This document shows positions 1 through 9,074 of a stretch of DNA of 64,000 nucleotides, one piece after another. The notes beneath the pieces were generated by a model. That model ran no database searches, was not told the DNA's origin, and saw nothing but the letters and a program-made list of their open reading frames with translations. The DNA lies in contig JAGVLJ010000044.1 of the NCBI GenBank assembly GCA_020049855.1, positions 5,900-69,899 on the forward strand. Direction: 5' to 3'. This DNA is from Bacteroidia bacterium (GTDB lineage: Bacteria > Bacteroidota > Bacteroidia > UKL13-3). The position numbers were made by a program, and so were the translations under genes. Numbering within the stretch: the stretch's first letter is position 1; every line of letters begins with the position of its first letter.

Positions 1-770
1 CGGTTAACTACACTCACGGGTTTGTTAAACTGTGTGCGTACAAATTGAGCCACGTTCTCGGCCAGTTCGCCCACGGTGGTATTGAACGAGGCAATGTTGT
101 ATATGCCCGAGGCTCTGTTGGCAATGGCGGCTTCGTAGCCTAGGCAGGCATCGGGCAGTGCCAGTATGGGTCGCCATATTTTTGGATTCGTTACAGTAAT
201 TTCGTTTTTGCTCATGGCGTTTTTAAACATGGTATTAATGGCCAGGTCTAATCGCATGCGGGGGCTATAGCCGCTCACAGTCCCTTGCCGCAGGCATACC
301 ACGCGAAACGATTCGTCTTGCAAAGCAAGCAGCGATTGTTCGCCCTGCAATTTTGAAACACCATAAGGATAATTACACACCGTTTCATCGGTTTCGGTAT
401 AGGTGCGGTTGTGTGTGTAGCCATACACCGAGCACGAGCTGGCGAACACAAAATGTTTTACTCCGGCTTCGCGGGCCTGAAATCCGAGGTAAGCCGGCAG
501 AGCTGTATTGTAAATAAAATTTTCTTTTGGTGAGTATTCGGCCATGGGGTCGTTAGAGAGTCCGGCCAGAAACACGATGCAGTCAAAAGGTTTCATATCG
601 GCTGCCGTAAGGTCAAAGAGGTCGCCTTTGATTACCGGAATTTCGGGTCGTCCGTAAAAGCCAAACCATCCGGCATCGGCTATGGTGAGTTCATACCCTT
701 TTTGATACAGGTATTCGCATAACACGGCACCGATATAGCCCGAGCCACCGGCCATTAAAATTTTTTTCAT
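1..770 (-). CDS. NAD-dependent epimerase/dehydratase family protein (extended SDR); partial, C-terminus runs off the window edge
   Basis: Reverse-strand translation from ATG at 768-770 gives MKKILMAGGSGYIGAVL... (Rossmann GxxGxxG) and YGVSK (YxxxK). Sits next to rmlC and a GT2. Confidence 0.7.
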   Translation of the reverse strand, partial: MKKILMAGGSGYIGAVLCEYLYQKGYELTIADAGWFGFYGRPEIPVIKGDLFDLTAADMKPFDCIVFLAGLSNDPMAEYSPKENFIYNTALPAYLGFQAREAGVKHFVFASSCSVYGYTHNRTYTETDETVCNYPYGVSKLQGEQSLLALQDESFRVVCLRQGTVSGYSPRMRLDLAINTMFKNAMSKNEITVTNPKIWRPILALPDACLGYEAAIANRASGIYNIASFNTTVGELAENVAQFVRTQFNKPVSVVN

Positions 771-776
771 AAACAA

Positions 777-1343
777 TCAATATTTGAAATGATCCGAATC
801 GGGTTTTTGCAGCCACTGTTCCAGTGTTTGTGCCACCTTGTCTTTGTCAGAAAGAACCGGATGGGTAACGGGCCAAGTAATACCAATAGCTGAGTCGTTC
901 CACAAAATGCCCGACTCACAATTTTTATTATAGAGTCCGGTGGTTTTGTATTGTATTTCGGCAAAATCGCTCAGCACACAAAATCCCCGGGCAAATCCTG
1001 CCGGTGCCCACACTTGCTTACAGTTTTCGGCCGATACCACTTCGCCATACCATTGGCCCAAAGTGGGCGATCCTTTGCGAATATCCACAGCTACCAGAAA
1101 CGCTTCGCCTACCGTAACGCGCATCAGTTTGCCCATGGGTGGTTCCCATTGAAAATGTAATCCGCGTACAACACCTTTTGCGGAGCGCGAGTGGTTGTCC
1201 TGCACAAATTGCGTGGGTAGTCCTAAACGTTCAAATTCGTCCATTCGGTAGGCTTCCATAAAAAAACCGCGCTGGTCTCGAAAAATTTCCGGTTGAATAA
1301 TTTTAAGGCCGTTCAACTTTTCGGCAATTAGTTCTATTTTCAT
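777..1343 (-). CDS. rfbC: dTDP-4-dehydrorhamnose 3,5-epimerase
   Basis: 188 aa; RmlC cupin hallmarks (QxRGxF, VRGLHFQ) and typical length. Confidence 0.85.
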   Translation of the reverse strand: MKIELIAEKLNGLKIIQPEIFRDQRGFFMEAYRMDEFERLGLPTQFVQDNHSRSAKGVVRGLHFQWEPPMGKLMRVTVGEAFLVAVDIRKGSPTLGQWYGEVVSAENCKQVWAPAGFARGFCVLSDFAEIQYKTTGLYNKNCESGILWNDSAIGITWPVTHPVLSDKDKVAQTLEQWLQKPDSDHFKY

Positions 1344-2386
1344 TTCTTCAAATGGGTTATTAACTCGGTGTAAGTGGTTTTTTTATGGAGAAAATAAGCC
1401 AGGGCAATGCTTTTTGGATACATCTCTTTCATTACCACTTCATCGTTTACCTTACGTCTTTGCTGCGCTTCTTTTCGATGCCGTAAAACGAGGCCCAAGT
1501 TAAGTAAAATCCACACATGTGCGGCTATCACCGCCCTAACGCGGGTAAATTGCAGTTTTACAAGCGATACACCGGCTGCCAGCCAGTCGAGCAAGATATG
1601 GATACTTGTTTTGGAGAGTACCTGCGATGCCCCATAATTTTTGATGACCATAAACAGGGAGTTACGATGATTCCAGTACATTTTTTTAAAACTCTGCGAC
1701 TGAATGGTGGCACCTCCATAGTGTGCCACCACGCTGGTCGGCACCACTTTGAGCTGATAGCCTGCCATGAGGATTCGCCAGCACAAATCAATTTCGTCCA
1801 TATGGTGCACAAAGCTGTTGTCGAGCGGGCCGGAATGCGGGAGCACATCGGCTCTCAAAAACATGGCCGCCCCACTTGTCCAGAACACATCGGTGATATC
1901 ATTGTACTGGCCGTTATCGGGCTCAATAGTATCAAACACGCGCCCCCGTAAAAAAGGGTATCCGTACACATCCATTTTACCGCCCGATGCTCCGGCATAT
2001 TCAAACTCCTTTTCATTAAAAAACGAAACCAGTTTGGGTTGCAGGGCACCGATAGAGGGGTCTTTTTCGGCCAGTTCCACAAGCGGTTCAAGCCAGCCCG
2101 AATGTACCCGCACATCGTTGTTGAGGCACAGGTAGTATGTACCGGTGCATACCGAAAAGGCTAGGTTGTAGGCAGCACAATACCCGTTGTTGAGGGGATT
2201 TTTGATGATTCCCACCTGTGGGTATTTTTCGCTTACATACTCTACATCGTTATCGGTAGAGGCGTTATCGAGCAGGTATACTTTAAAGTTGGGGTAGGTA
2301 GACCTGAAAACCGACTGAAAACAATCGTCCAGAAATTTTTTGCCGTTGTAATTTAATACAATGATATCAACCTGCGGATACTTCAT
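1340..2386 (-). CDS. family 2 glycosyltransferase (rhamnosyltransferase-like)
   Basis: 348 aa; GT-A N-terminal region (IIVLNYNG..., DNASTD) with a hydrophobic C-terminal segment. Overlaps rfbC by 4 nt, suggesting an operon. Confidence 0.75.
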   Translation of the reverse strand: MKYPQVDIIVLNYNGKKFLDDCFQSVFRSTYPNFKVYLLDNASTDNDVEYVSEKYPQVGIIKNPLNNGYCAAYNLAFSVCTGTYYLCLNNDVRVHSGWLEPLVELAEKDPSIGALQPKLVSFFNEKEFEYAGASGGKMDVYGYPFLRGRVFDTIEPDNGQYNDITDVFWTSGAAMFLRADVLPHSGPLDNSFVHHMDEIDLCWRILMAGYQLKVVPTSVVAHYGGATIQSQSFKKMYWNHRNSLFMVIKNYGASQVLSKTSIHILLDWLAAGVSLVKLQFTRVRAVIAAHVWILLNLGLVLRHRKEAQQRRKVNDEVVMKEMYPKSIALAYFLHKKTTYTELITHLKK

Positions 2387-3771
2387 TAACCAAGCTTATC
2401 AAAACGCGCCTGAAAAAAACGCAGGTATTTTGGTTCGTACGCCATTTTTAATCCTTTTATTTTATGCCTTTTTTTAAATACATTATATGTCGATTCGGCA
2501 ATTACGTCCATATGGGCTTGAGTATACACCCTGCGAGGGATAGTGAAACGCACAAGCTCCAGTTTGGGGTAATAATTTTCGCCATTTGCTTTTCTTCCGG
2601 CCGAAACAATACCTCGCTCCATGGTACGCACCCCTGAGTCAATATAAATTTCGGCTGCAAGGGTTTGTGCCGGATATTGATCCTGCGTAAGGTGCGGGAG
2701 AAATGCCTTGGCGTCTACAAATATACCATGTCCACCTATAGGTTTCACAATCGGGATGCCGTAATCTAACATTTTATTTCCAAGGTATTCAACCTGTCCC
2801 ACCCTAGCCTGTTGGTGAAAATCATCTAAACTCTCCACAATACCAATGGACATGGCTTCCATATCTCGGCCGGCAAGCCCGCCATATGTATGTAATCCTT
2901 CATAAACCACCACCAGGTTACGGGCATCTTCATATACATCCCATTCGTTGGTGGCTAAAAATCCTCCTATATTTACAAGAGCATCTTTTTTGGCACTCAT
3001 GGTTGCTCCATCGGTTTGCGAACAGATTTCTTTTACAATTTGAGCAATACTTTTATCCTTGTATCCTTTTTCGCGCTGTTGAATAAAGTAAGCATTTTCT
3101 GCTACGCGGGTCATGTCATGAATTATACGTATGCCATTCTTTTTGGCGTACGCTCTCAGTTCTTTCAAATTTTTCATGCTTATGGGTTGACCACCGGCCA
3201 TATTTACATTTGTGGCTATACTTACGTATGGAATTCGTTTGGCTCCATATTTTTTTACTACTTTATCAAGTTTGTCAAGGTCAACATTTCCTTTAAAGGG
3301 ATGGGAATTCAGCGGGTCGTGAGCCTCGTCAATAATAATATCCGTAAAAGTTCCACCTGCTAATTCCTGATGGAGGCGGGTGGTGGTAAAGTACATATTG
3401 CCTGGAATTACATTGCCTTTTTTAATTAATACTTTCGAGAGTATATTTTCGGCTCCACGCCCCTGGTGGGTGGGAATGATGTATTTGTAGCCATAGTATT
3501 TTCTGATGGTTTCTTCCAGATGAAAGAAGTTGCTGCTTCCGGCATAGGCTTCATCGCCCACCATCATCCCGGCCCATTGGCGGTCGCTCATGGCACTGGT
3601 TCCGCTATCTGTAAGCAGGTCAATATATACATCGGCAGATTTGAGCAAAAAGGTGTTGTATCCAGCATCTTTAATTGCTTTTAGGCGTTGAGTCCGGGTG
3701 GTCATTTTTAATAACTCCACCATTTTCATCTTATAGGGCTCGGCCCATGATTTTTTTATTTGTGTTTTCAT
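2386..3771 (-). CDS. beta-eliminating lyase (tryptophanase / tyrosine phenol-lyase family, PLP-dependent)
   Basis: 461 aa; SAKKDALVNIGGFL PLP-lysine motif and overall TnaA/TPL-like sequence. The VNIGGFL variant looks closer to TPL than TnaA, so substrate is not assigned. Confidence 0.8.
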   Translation of the reverse strand: MKTQIKKSWAEPYKMKMVELLKMTTRTQRLKAIKDAGYNTFLLKSADVYIDLLTDSGTSAMSDRQWAGMMVGDEAYAGSSNFFHLEETIRKYYGYKYIIPTHQGRGAENILSKVLIKKGNVIPGNMYFTTTRLHQELAGGTFTDIIIDEAHDPLNSHPFKGNVDLDKLDKVVKKYGAKRIPYVSIATNVNMAGGQPISMKNLKELRAYAKKNGIRIIHDMTRVAENAYFIQQREKGYKDKSIAQIVKEICSQTDGATMSAKKDALVNIGGFLATNEWDVYEDARNLVVVYEGLHTYGGLAGRDMEAMSIGIVESLDDFHQQARVGQVEYLGNKMLDYGIPIVKPIGGHGIFVDAKAFLPHLTQDQYPAQTLAAEIYIDSGVRTMERGIVSAGRKANGENYYPKLELVRFTIPRRVYTQAHMDVIAESTYNVFKKRHKIKGLKMAYEPKYLRFFQARFDKLG

Positions 3772-3844
3772 AGGTTCAAAACTATGGGTTAGGGGTAGAA
3801 GCGACTATGACAATAGTCAATTTGATACCTGATTTTTCTTAGAC

Positions 3845-3885
3845 AAAAAACTGCCGTAGCGATTACATCCGCCACGGCAGCAAAA
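3845..3885 (-). terminator. Rho-independent terminator downstream of the fasciclin gene (minus strand)
   Basis: Minus-strand read is CTGCCGTGGCGGATGTAATCGCTACGGCAG followed by TTTTTTGT. The 7-bp outer stem has an inner GCG/CGC pairing. Confidence 0.5.
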
Positions 3886-3918
3886 ATTGATAAGTAAATT
3901 AGAGAAAAAAGTAGAAAA

Positions 3919-4494
3919 TTATTTTGCAGGAGGTAGCAATACCTGATCAATGATGTGAATTATACCATTGGATGCAGGAACGCTGGCCACAATATGAGCT
4001 CCATTAATGGTAGGTTTGCCATCCACCATTTTTATTTCTGTATTTTTCAAATTCACCATATTCAGTACACGTCCATCGGTTAGATCCTCTGGTTTAAGTG
4101 TACCCACAAAAACATGGTATTCCAAAATATTGCGTAAATCATTTTTAGCTTCGGGTTTTAATAAACCTTCTACGGTGCCGGCTGGTAATTTATCAAAAGC
4201 GGCATTTACGGGCGCAAAAACGGTAAATGGGCCTGCATTGGCCAGCACATCTACATATTCGGCTGCTTTTACTGCTGCTACCAACGTACTGTGGTCTTTT
4301 GAACCAATCGCAACTTTTACAATATCTTTTGCTGATACATCATCCTGAACAGCTGACTGACCTACCTGATTTTCTGCCGTGGCAGTTTCAGCAGTTTTGG
4401 TAGCATCGGCTTCATTTGTTTCGCTTCCACATGAAGAAACGGCAATAGTTCCTGTTAAAAACAGGGCGGCTGTGAGTATTTTTAGTGTTTTCAT
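3919..4494 (-). CDS. fasciclin (FAS1) domain lipoprotein
   Basis: 191 aa; signal peptide with lipobox Cys (VSSCGS) and a C-terminal FAS1-like region (ILEYHV..., GIIHIIDQVLLP). Confidence 0.7.
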   Translation of the reverse strand: MKTLKILTAALFLTGTIAVSSCGSETNEADATKTAETATAENQVGQSAVQDDVSAKDIVKVAIGSKDHSTLVAAVKAAEYVDVLANAGPFTVFAPVNAAFDKLPAGTVEGLLKPEAKNDLRNILEYHVFVGTLKPEDLTDGRVLNMVNLKNTEIKMVDGKPTINGAHIVASVPASNGIIHIIDQVLLPPAK

Positions 4495-4516
4495 TTTACG
4501 GTGGCTTTATTAAGTT

Positions 4517-4524
4517 CAAAGTTA
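4517..4524 (-). promoter_or_regulatory. candidate Bacteroidetes -7 promoter element (TAnnTTTG) for the fasciclin gene
   Basis: Minus strand reads TAACTTTG about 28 nt upstream of the ATG at 4494. This matches the Bacteroidetes sigma-A -7 consensus TAnnTTTG. Confidence 0.3.
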
Positions 4525-5235
4525 CTTGCGGGTGGTTTAATAAAATTGATGCAAGTCAATAAAAAAGCAGATTTTTCTCAATATAATGTATTCAGGGGTA
4601 CTTCTAAAGAATGTAATTTTATTGAAATCAAGTTAGGTGCACACTGGTAATGCTCTCGAATTTAAATTTCCTTTTATGCTTTAATCTCATCCTTAATTGA
4701 GTTTGTATCCTGTAATATGGTTCTGTATAAAAAAAGGAGCCATATTTGTTCAGTATGGCGTCTTCACTCGGAAACAATCATTTCCTGATTTTATCACCAG
4801 TGGGGTATAAGAAGGTATTTGGTGTGTGGAATTTAGCACAATAAACTGGTAAAGGTAAAACGGACATCTAACTTTGCGCTATGGGGCTTATTAAAATAAA
4901 CTTTTGCGCTACTTGTGGCTGTTCTCAAATCAAATTGCTTCAGAATATATTGGTTGGTCACTGTACTAGCGGTTGAGAAGCGAATTGTGTTTTTGAATTT
5001 TATGCCAATTACTTGTCAGTATTTTAGTTTGCTCTTTGAGGTACGGAATATTGTTTTTGCTTCTTCTTGTTTTTCTATCCATTTTGTTAACTAATATCTA
5101 TTTTATATAACATTTTTTGGCAACGAATTTTTTTGTTCGCAAATAGTTTTTGGAAATATTATTCAAGATGGAGTGCCTATCAAGTGAAATGATAGCTAGT
5201 GACCCCACGACACAATGTGGAGCTGCTTCTCCTTG

Positions 5236-6003
5236 CTAAAGATTTTTACGGTTAAAAACTTTTATTGAATACAACAAAGGAGCGATAATCCAGATAAACA
5301 TGATGCAACAGGTATAAAATATACCCATTGAATTGCCAAAAAAAGATTTAAACAGGGCTCCGGTGTAACCCATTAAGGCGGAAATGTCTAATTTTAGCAT
5401 AATTATGATACGACCCAAATCAATAGGATTAAGGGCAACTATGGGAATCATAGCTTGTTCAAGCGGATAATCACTGAAGGTAAAAAGAAGGGCAAGCATT
5501 AAGGCATCGTAAATAATGGAAAAATAAAACCAAATCATAAGGGCGATGCCTATTCCTTTTGCCTTATCGCGTGTAATTACTGATGAGAGAAAAGCCAGTG
5601 AAATAAATACCAGAGTAAGGAGGATTCCTGATAGAATAAGCACAAATCCTGTGGCTGTGGCATCAAAAAGAATTATGGGAATACCGATTCCGATAAAAAA
5701 GGCGAAGGAAAGGGAAAGGGCAACGCCTATGTATTCTCCCAGCAAGATGGTGCTTCGTTTTAATGGTTGGGCAACCAGTAATTCTATAAATTCGTACGAA
5801 TTAAAAAAATACGTTGTAGCAAACACAATGCTGATAAGCGGAACCATAATCATCACAATGCTCATTAAACTTATAATGGCTTTTGAGGGGTCTTCTTCCA
5901 TATTGAATAAAGTAGAAGCAATAAGGAACAGGAAAAGAGTATAAGCAATAAGTACGCGGTTGCGTACAATATCATAAATTACGTATTTGGTTACTTTAAT
6001 CAT
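5236..6003 (-). CDS. nosY: ABC-2 type transporter permease NosY
   Basis: 255 aa polytopic membrane protein immediately downstream of nosF in the nos cluster. Overlaps nosF by 8 nt. Confidence 0.75.
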   Translation of the reverse strand: MIKVTKYVIYDIVRNRVLIAYTLFLFLIASTLFNMEEDPSKAIISLMSIVMIMVPLISIVFATTYFFNSYEFIELLVAQPLKRSTILLGEYIGVALSLSFAFFIGIGIPIILFDATATGFVLILSGILLTLVFISLAFLSSVITRDKAKGIGIALMIWFYFSIIYDALMLALLFTFSDYPLEQAMIPIVALNPIDLGRIIIMLKLDISALMGYTGALFKSFFGNSMGIFYTCCIMFIWIIAPLLYSIKVFNRKNL

Positions 6004-6709
6004 TGATTTCTGATTTCATAAGTTTGGCAATGGCCTTGCCTAAACGTTCTTCTCCAGTTTCCTCTTTTATTTCTTTGATTGTTTTATCAAAGGCTATCTC
6101 GCCATCCATCATGTACACAATTCGGTCAGCCAGTTCATCTACTTCACTCATAATATGCGAGGTGATAATGACACATTTGCCTTTTGATTTTGCTTCTAAA
6201 ATATGTTGTTTCAAAATTTCGGAGGCCAGAGGGTCTAAGCCTGCAGTTGGCTCATCTAACACTAATATATCTGGATTGAATAAAAAGGCAAGCGCAGCAC
6301 TTACCTTCTGTCTGGTTCCGCCTGAAAGGGTGCGCATGGTTTTATTAAATAAAGAAGGTATTTTGTACGAATTCAATACCGATTCATCAGGCTTTATGTC
6401 ACTTTTTCTTAGGTCGCGCATCATGGAGAATACCTGACCAATTTTCATATTATCGGGGTAGCGGCCAATTTGAGGCATATATCCAATTTGTGACCTGTAT
6501 TGCCAATCGCCAGAAATTGATTTACCATTCAGGATTATTTCTCCCGAATCCGGAATAATCATGCCCAGAATTGATTTAATTAATGTAGTTTTACCCGATC
6601 CGTTTGGCCCTATTACCGATACCACTTCGCCCTTATGAAAACAAATACTTACCCCTTTTAAAACGCGGAGTTTGCCGAATTTTTTTTGCAGAGCTTTTAC
6701 TTCAATCAT
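5996..6709 (-). CDS. nosF: ABC transporter ATP-binding protein NosF
   Basis: 237 aa; Walker A GPNGSGKTT, signature LSGGTRQK, Walker B ILVLDEPTAGLD. Overlaps nosD by 4 nt. Confidence 0.85.
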   Translation of the reverse strand: MIEVKALQKKFGKLRVLKGVSICFHKGEVVSVIGPNGSGKTTLIKSILGMIIPDSGEIILNGKSISGDWQYRSQIGYMPQIGRYPDNMKIGQVFSMMRDLRKSDIKPDESVLNSYKIPSLFNKTMRTLSGGTRQKVSAALAFLFNPDILVLDEPTAGLDPLASEILKQHILEAKSKGKCVIITSHIMSEVDELADRIVYMMDGEIAFDKTIKEIKEETGEERLGKAIAKLMKSEIND

Positions 6710-7944
6710 CGTGTTGGGGATTTCATTAAAGGGGAGTCGTCTTTTAGTTGGTCAGGTGTAAGGGAGGGTATATTTTTTTCAGCTTTATCCAGCAAGTCTA
6801 CCGCAAAACTGCGTAGCAGCATTACCGCATAAGGAATTTGTTCTATAATGGATGCATACAAACTTACAGGACGATAGGGAATATCGCCTACTCCGTCTCT
6901 GTCTAGGTCGTATCCGGTGTACTTATCCCAGTAATTGTGTTTAAAATAATTCAACGAAATTGTTCCGTTTGTTGAAACATCAAAAGTATTACCATTGAAT
7001 TTATTTCGAATAAAAGAATCCATTTCGCAATTGGCAAGTAGTTTTAAAGCCCATCCGTTGTTTTGAAAAGTGTTTCCCACTACCTGAATGCGCGAAGATC
7101 CTTCCAGATACAAAGCTGTTGTGTTATTTAAAAAAGTATTTCCGGTGATATAACTGTTCCCAATATCTTTCAGTAAAACTCCATAGGAGGAACTGCCCCA
7201 ATTATCGGCAAAAATATTTCCTTCCATTCGTATTCCCTTAGTGTACATAACGGCTACTCCTGTACCATTATTTCTGAAAATATTGTTTGTGTATGTATCG
7301 TTGTCTGAAAACATAAAGTGAAGACCATACCTGAAATTCTTTTCACTGATGTTTTGCGAAATATGGCAAAACCGGGCAAATTCAAAGTAAATTCCGTCAC
7401 GGTGACCACTGATTTTATTTTTTCTAATGGTGACAAAATTGCATTGCCATAAATGAATTCCGTTGCCTGAACGTGCGTCATCAGGGGCACTACCTATAAG
7501 GGTATTGTTTTCTATAAGGGAAGAATCAATAGCCGAAAGGTGAAAACCAAAGTAGGTATTGATGAGGATGTTGTTTTTTAAAGTAAGGTGTCGGGCTTTC
7601 ATAGCTTGTATGCCGGCATAATCTGTCATGCTGGCTCTTGCCGAGTTTTTAATAGTGATACCTTCAATGGTTACGTGAGATGCGGTTATGGTTATGCCGA
7701 AATCTTTCATTTGCACATCAAGCACTGGCTCGTTTTCTCCTTTAAATACAATTGATTTATTGATGTGAAGGTTTTTGACAATATAGATGCCTTTGTGCAA
7801 CATGACGGTATCTCCATTATGTGCAGATATAATTGCAGGTTGTGGATGTTTAAAGCGAAAGGCAGCACCTACATCAATGGTTTTTGCCCTTAAGAGATGG
7901 CTGCTTAAAAGTACAATTAAAAATAGAAAAGGCAATCGGGGCAT
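6706..7944 (-). CDS. nosD: periplasmic copper-binding protein NosD (right-handed beta-helix)
   Basis: 412 aa; signal peptide and repeated parallel beta-helix segments (GIxxxxS/NNxI). Lies between nosL and nosF. Confidence 0.8.
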   Translation of the reverse strand: MPRLPFLFLIVLLSSHLLRAKTIDVGAAFRFKHPQPAIISAHNGDTVMLHKGIYIVKNLHINKSIVFKGENEPVLDVQMKDFGITITASHVTIEGITIKNSARASMTDYAGIQAMKARHLTLKNNILINTYFGFHLSAIDSSLIENNTLIGSAPDDARSGNGIHLWQCNFVTIRKNKISGHRDGIYFEFARFCHISQNISEKNFRYGLHFMFSDNDTYTNNIFRNNGTGVAVMYTKGIRMEGNIFADNWGSSSYGVLLKDIGNSYITGNTFLNNTTALYLEGSSRIQVVGNTFQNNGWALKLLANCEMDSFIRNKFNGNTFDVSTNGTISLNYFKHNYWDKYTGYDLDRDGVGDIPYRPVSLYASIIEQIPYAVMLLRSFAVDLLDKAEKNIPSLTPDQLKDDSPLMKSPTR

Positions 7945-7956
7945 GCGAGAGAGGAG

Positions 7957-8400
7957 TTAATGAATAACGGCAAAAATAGAGTCCCAGTGAATGATGTCTC
8001 CTCCTGTATTTTTCTGTATTTTTCTAGCTTCTTCTTCTTTGGCAAATGAGGCTAAATTTCCACCCATTGGGCTTTGTATGTTTTTTCCATGAAGATAGAA
8101 TGCGCTTTTTGCATCAATCAAAGTGGAGGGGTTGGCATAATCTGTAACTACCATAAACCTGTAAATATTTTCGGGAGTTGTATTTTTTTTAAGGTAGTTT
8201 ATCAGGCATTCGTCCGAGTCAAAGAGAAAAGTTCTTCCTTTCGAGGTTACAAGTTGCGCCCCGAATTTTGTATCCATAATGGTCATTTTACAATGTGTAC
8301 ACTGATCTTTTCCGTAGTTAATCGGGACGGGTTTTACGGAGCAGGAAGAAAAGAATATGGAGAGAAGAAGTACAGCTATTACTGAAAGTATTTGTTTCAT
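7957..8400 (-). CDS. nosL: copper chaperone lipoprotein NosL
   Basis: 147 aa; lipoprotein signal (FFSSCSV); NosL-like size and position in the nos cluster. Confidence 0.65.
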   Translation of the reverse strand: MKQILSVIAVLLLSIFFSSCSVKPVPINYGKDQCTHCKMTIMDTKFGAQLVTSKGRTFLFDSDECLINYLKKNTTPENIYRFMVVTDYANPSTLIDAKSAFYLHGKNIQSPMGGNLASFAKEEEARKIQKNTGGDIIHWDSIFAVIH

Positions 8401-8404
8401 AAGG

Positions 8405-8983
8405 TCATGTTTTTTTACTGAATAAAAAGTGTTCTATCCATAGAACTCCTGAAGAAATAAGGGCTGGAATAATAATAAAATATCCTCCGGTATCGGGTAG
8501 GGAGCCTGCAAGAAAATTAAGTAGCTCTTTATAGCCGATAAGGGGCGGCTGATAAGTCATTCCTGGTATTTTTATGGCAGCAGTAGGGTCAAGGTTATGC
8601 CCGTATTTATATTCCCAAAGCCAAAAATCAACGGAAGCAACGGCAGCAACAAGTATAAGAAAAGCGACCCATGCGAATAATGCTTTTCGGGTATTGAGGG
8701 CCGCAGCTAAAACTCCCCATATTATCATTATGCCCAGAAGTATCGGGAGTATTTTAAATTCGGGGAAATCTTCCACGTGAATCGTTTGCATTCCAATATA
8801 ATGGTTTAGGTTGTTAATCGAATTGATATCACCTTTGATACTATTTACCCAAATTTCCATTCTTAGCCCTTCAGGATATTGCGGAGCTTCCAGTTCAATT
8901 TTCCAAACGGAGGTAAAATAGGCTACGCCCATACTTAAGGCACATAGCAAAATAATAAGCCGGGAAGATGTTTTTAATTTCAT
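8405..8983 (-). CDS. small polytopic membrane protein, NosB-like (clade II nos cluster component)
   Basis: 192 aa with about 4 transmembrane segments directly downstream of nosZ. This position corresponds to nosB in clade II clusters. Confidence 0.4.
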   Translation of the reverse strand: MKLKTSSRLIILLCALSMGVAYFTSVWKIELEAPQYPEGLRMEIWVNSIKGDINSINNLNHYIGMQTIHVEDFPEFKILPILLGIMIIWGVLAAALNTRKALFAWVAFLILVAAVASVDFWLWEYKYGHNLDPTAAIKIPGMTYQPPLIGYKELLNFLAGSLPDTGGYFIIIPALISSGVLWIEHFLFSKKT

Positions 8984-9074
8984 GATGTGAGCAAATAAGG
9001 TGAAGCCGAACAGGATACAAAAGTAAAGGAAAAAAGAAAGGGGAGGAAATTCCTCCCCTGACTTTCAGTATTAG

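Noticed and set aside
940-2135. Multiple opposite-strand or alternative-frame ORFs of 60-144 aa inside rfbC/GT2, and similar ones inside nosZ, the S8 peptidase, the GT-C gene and elsewhere
   Set aside because: All are nested within longer ORFs that have clear homology-like signatures. They are low-complexity and typical of antisense shadow ORFs.
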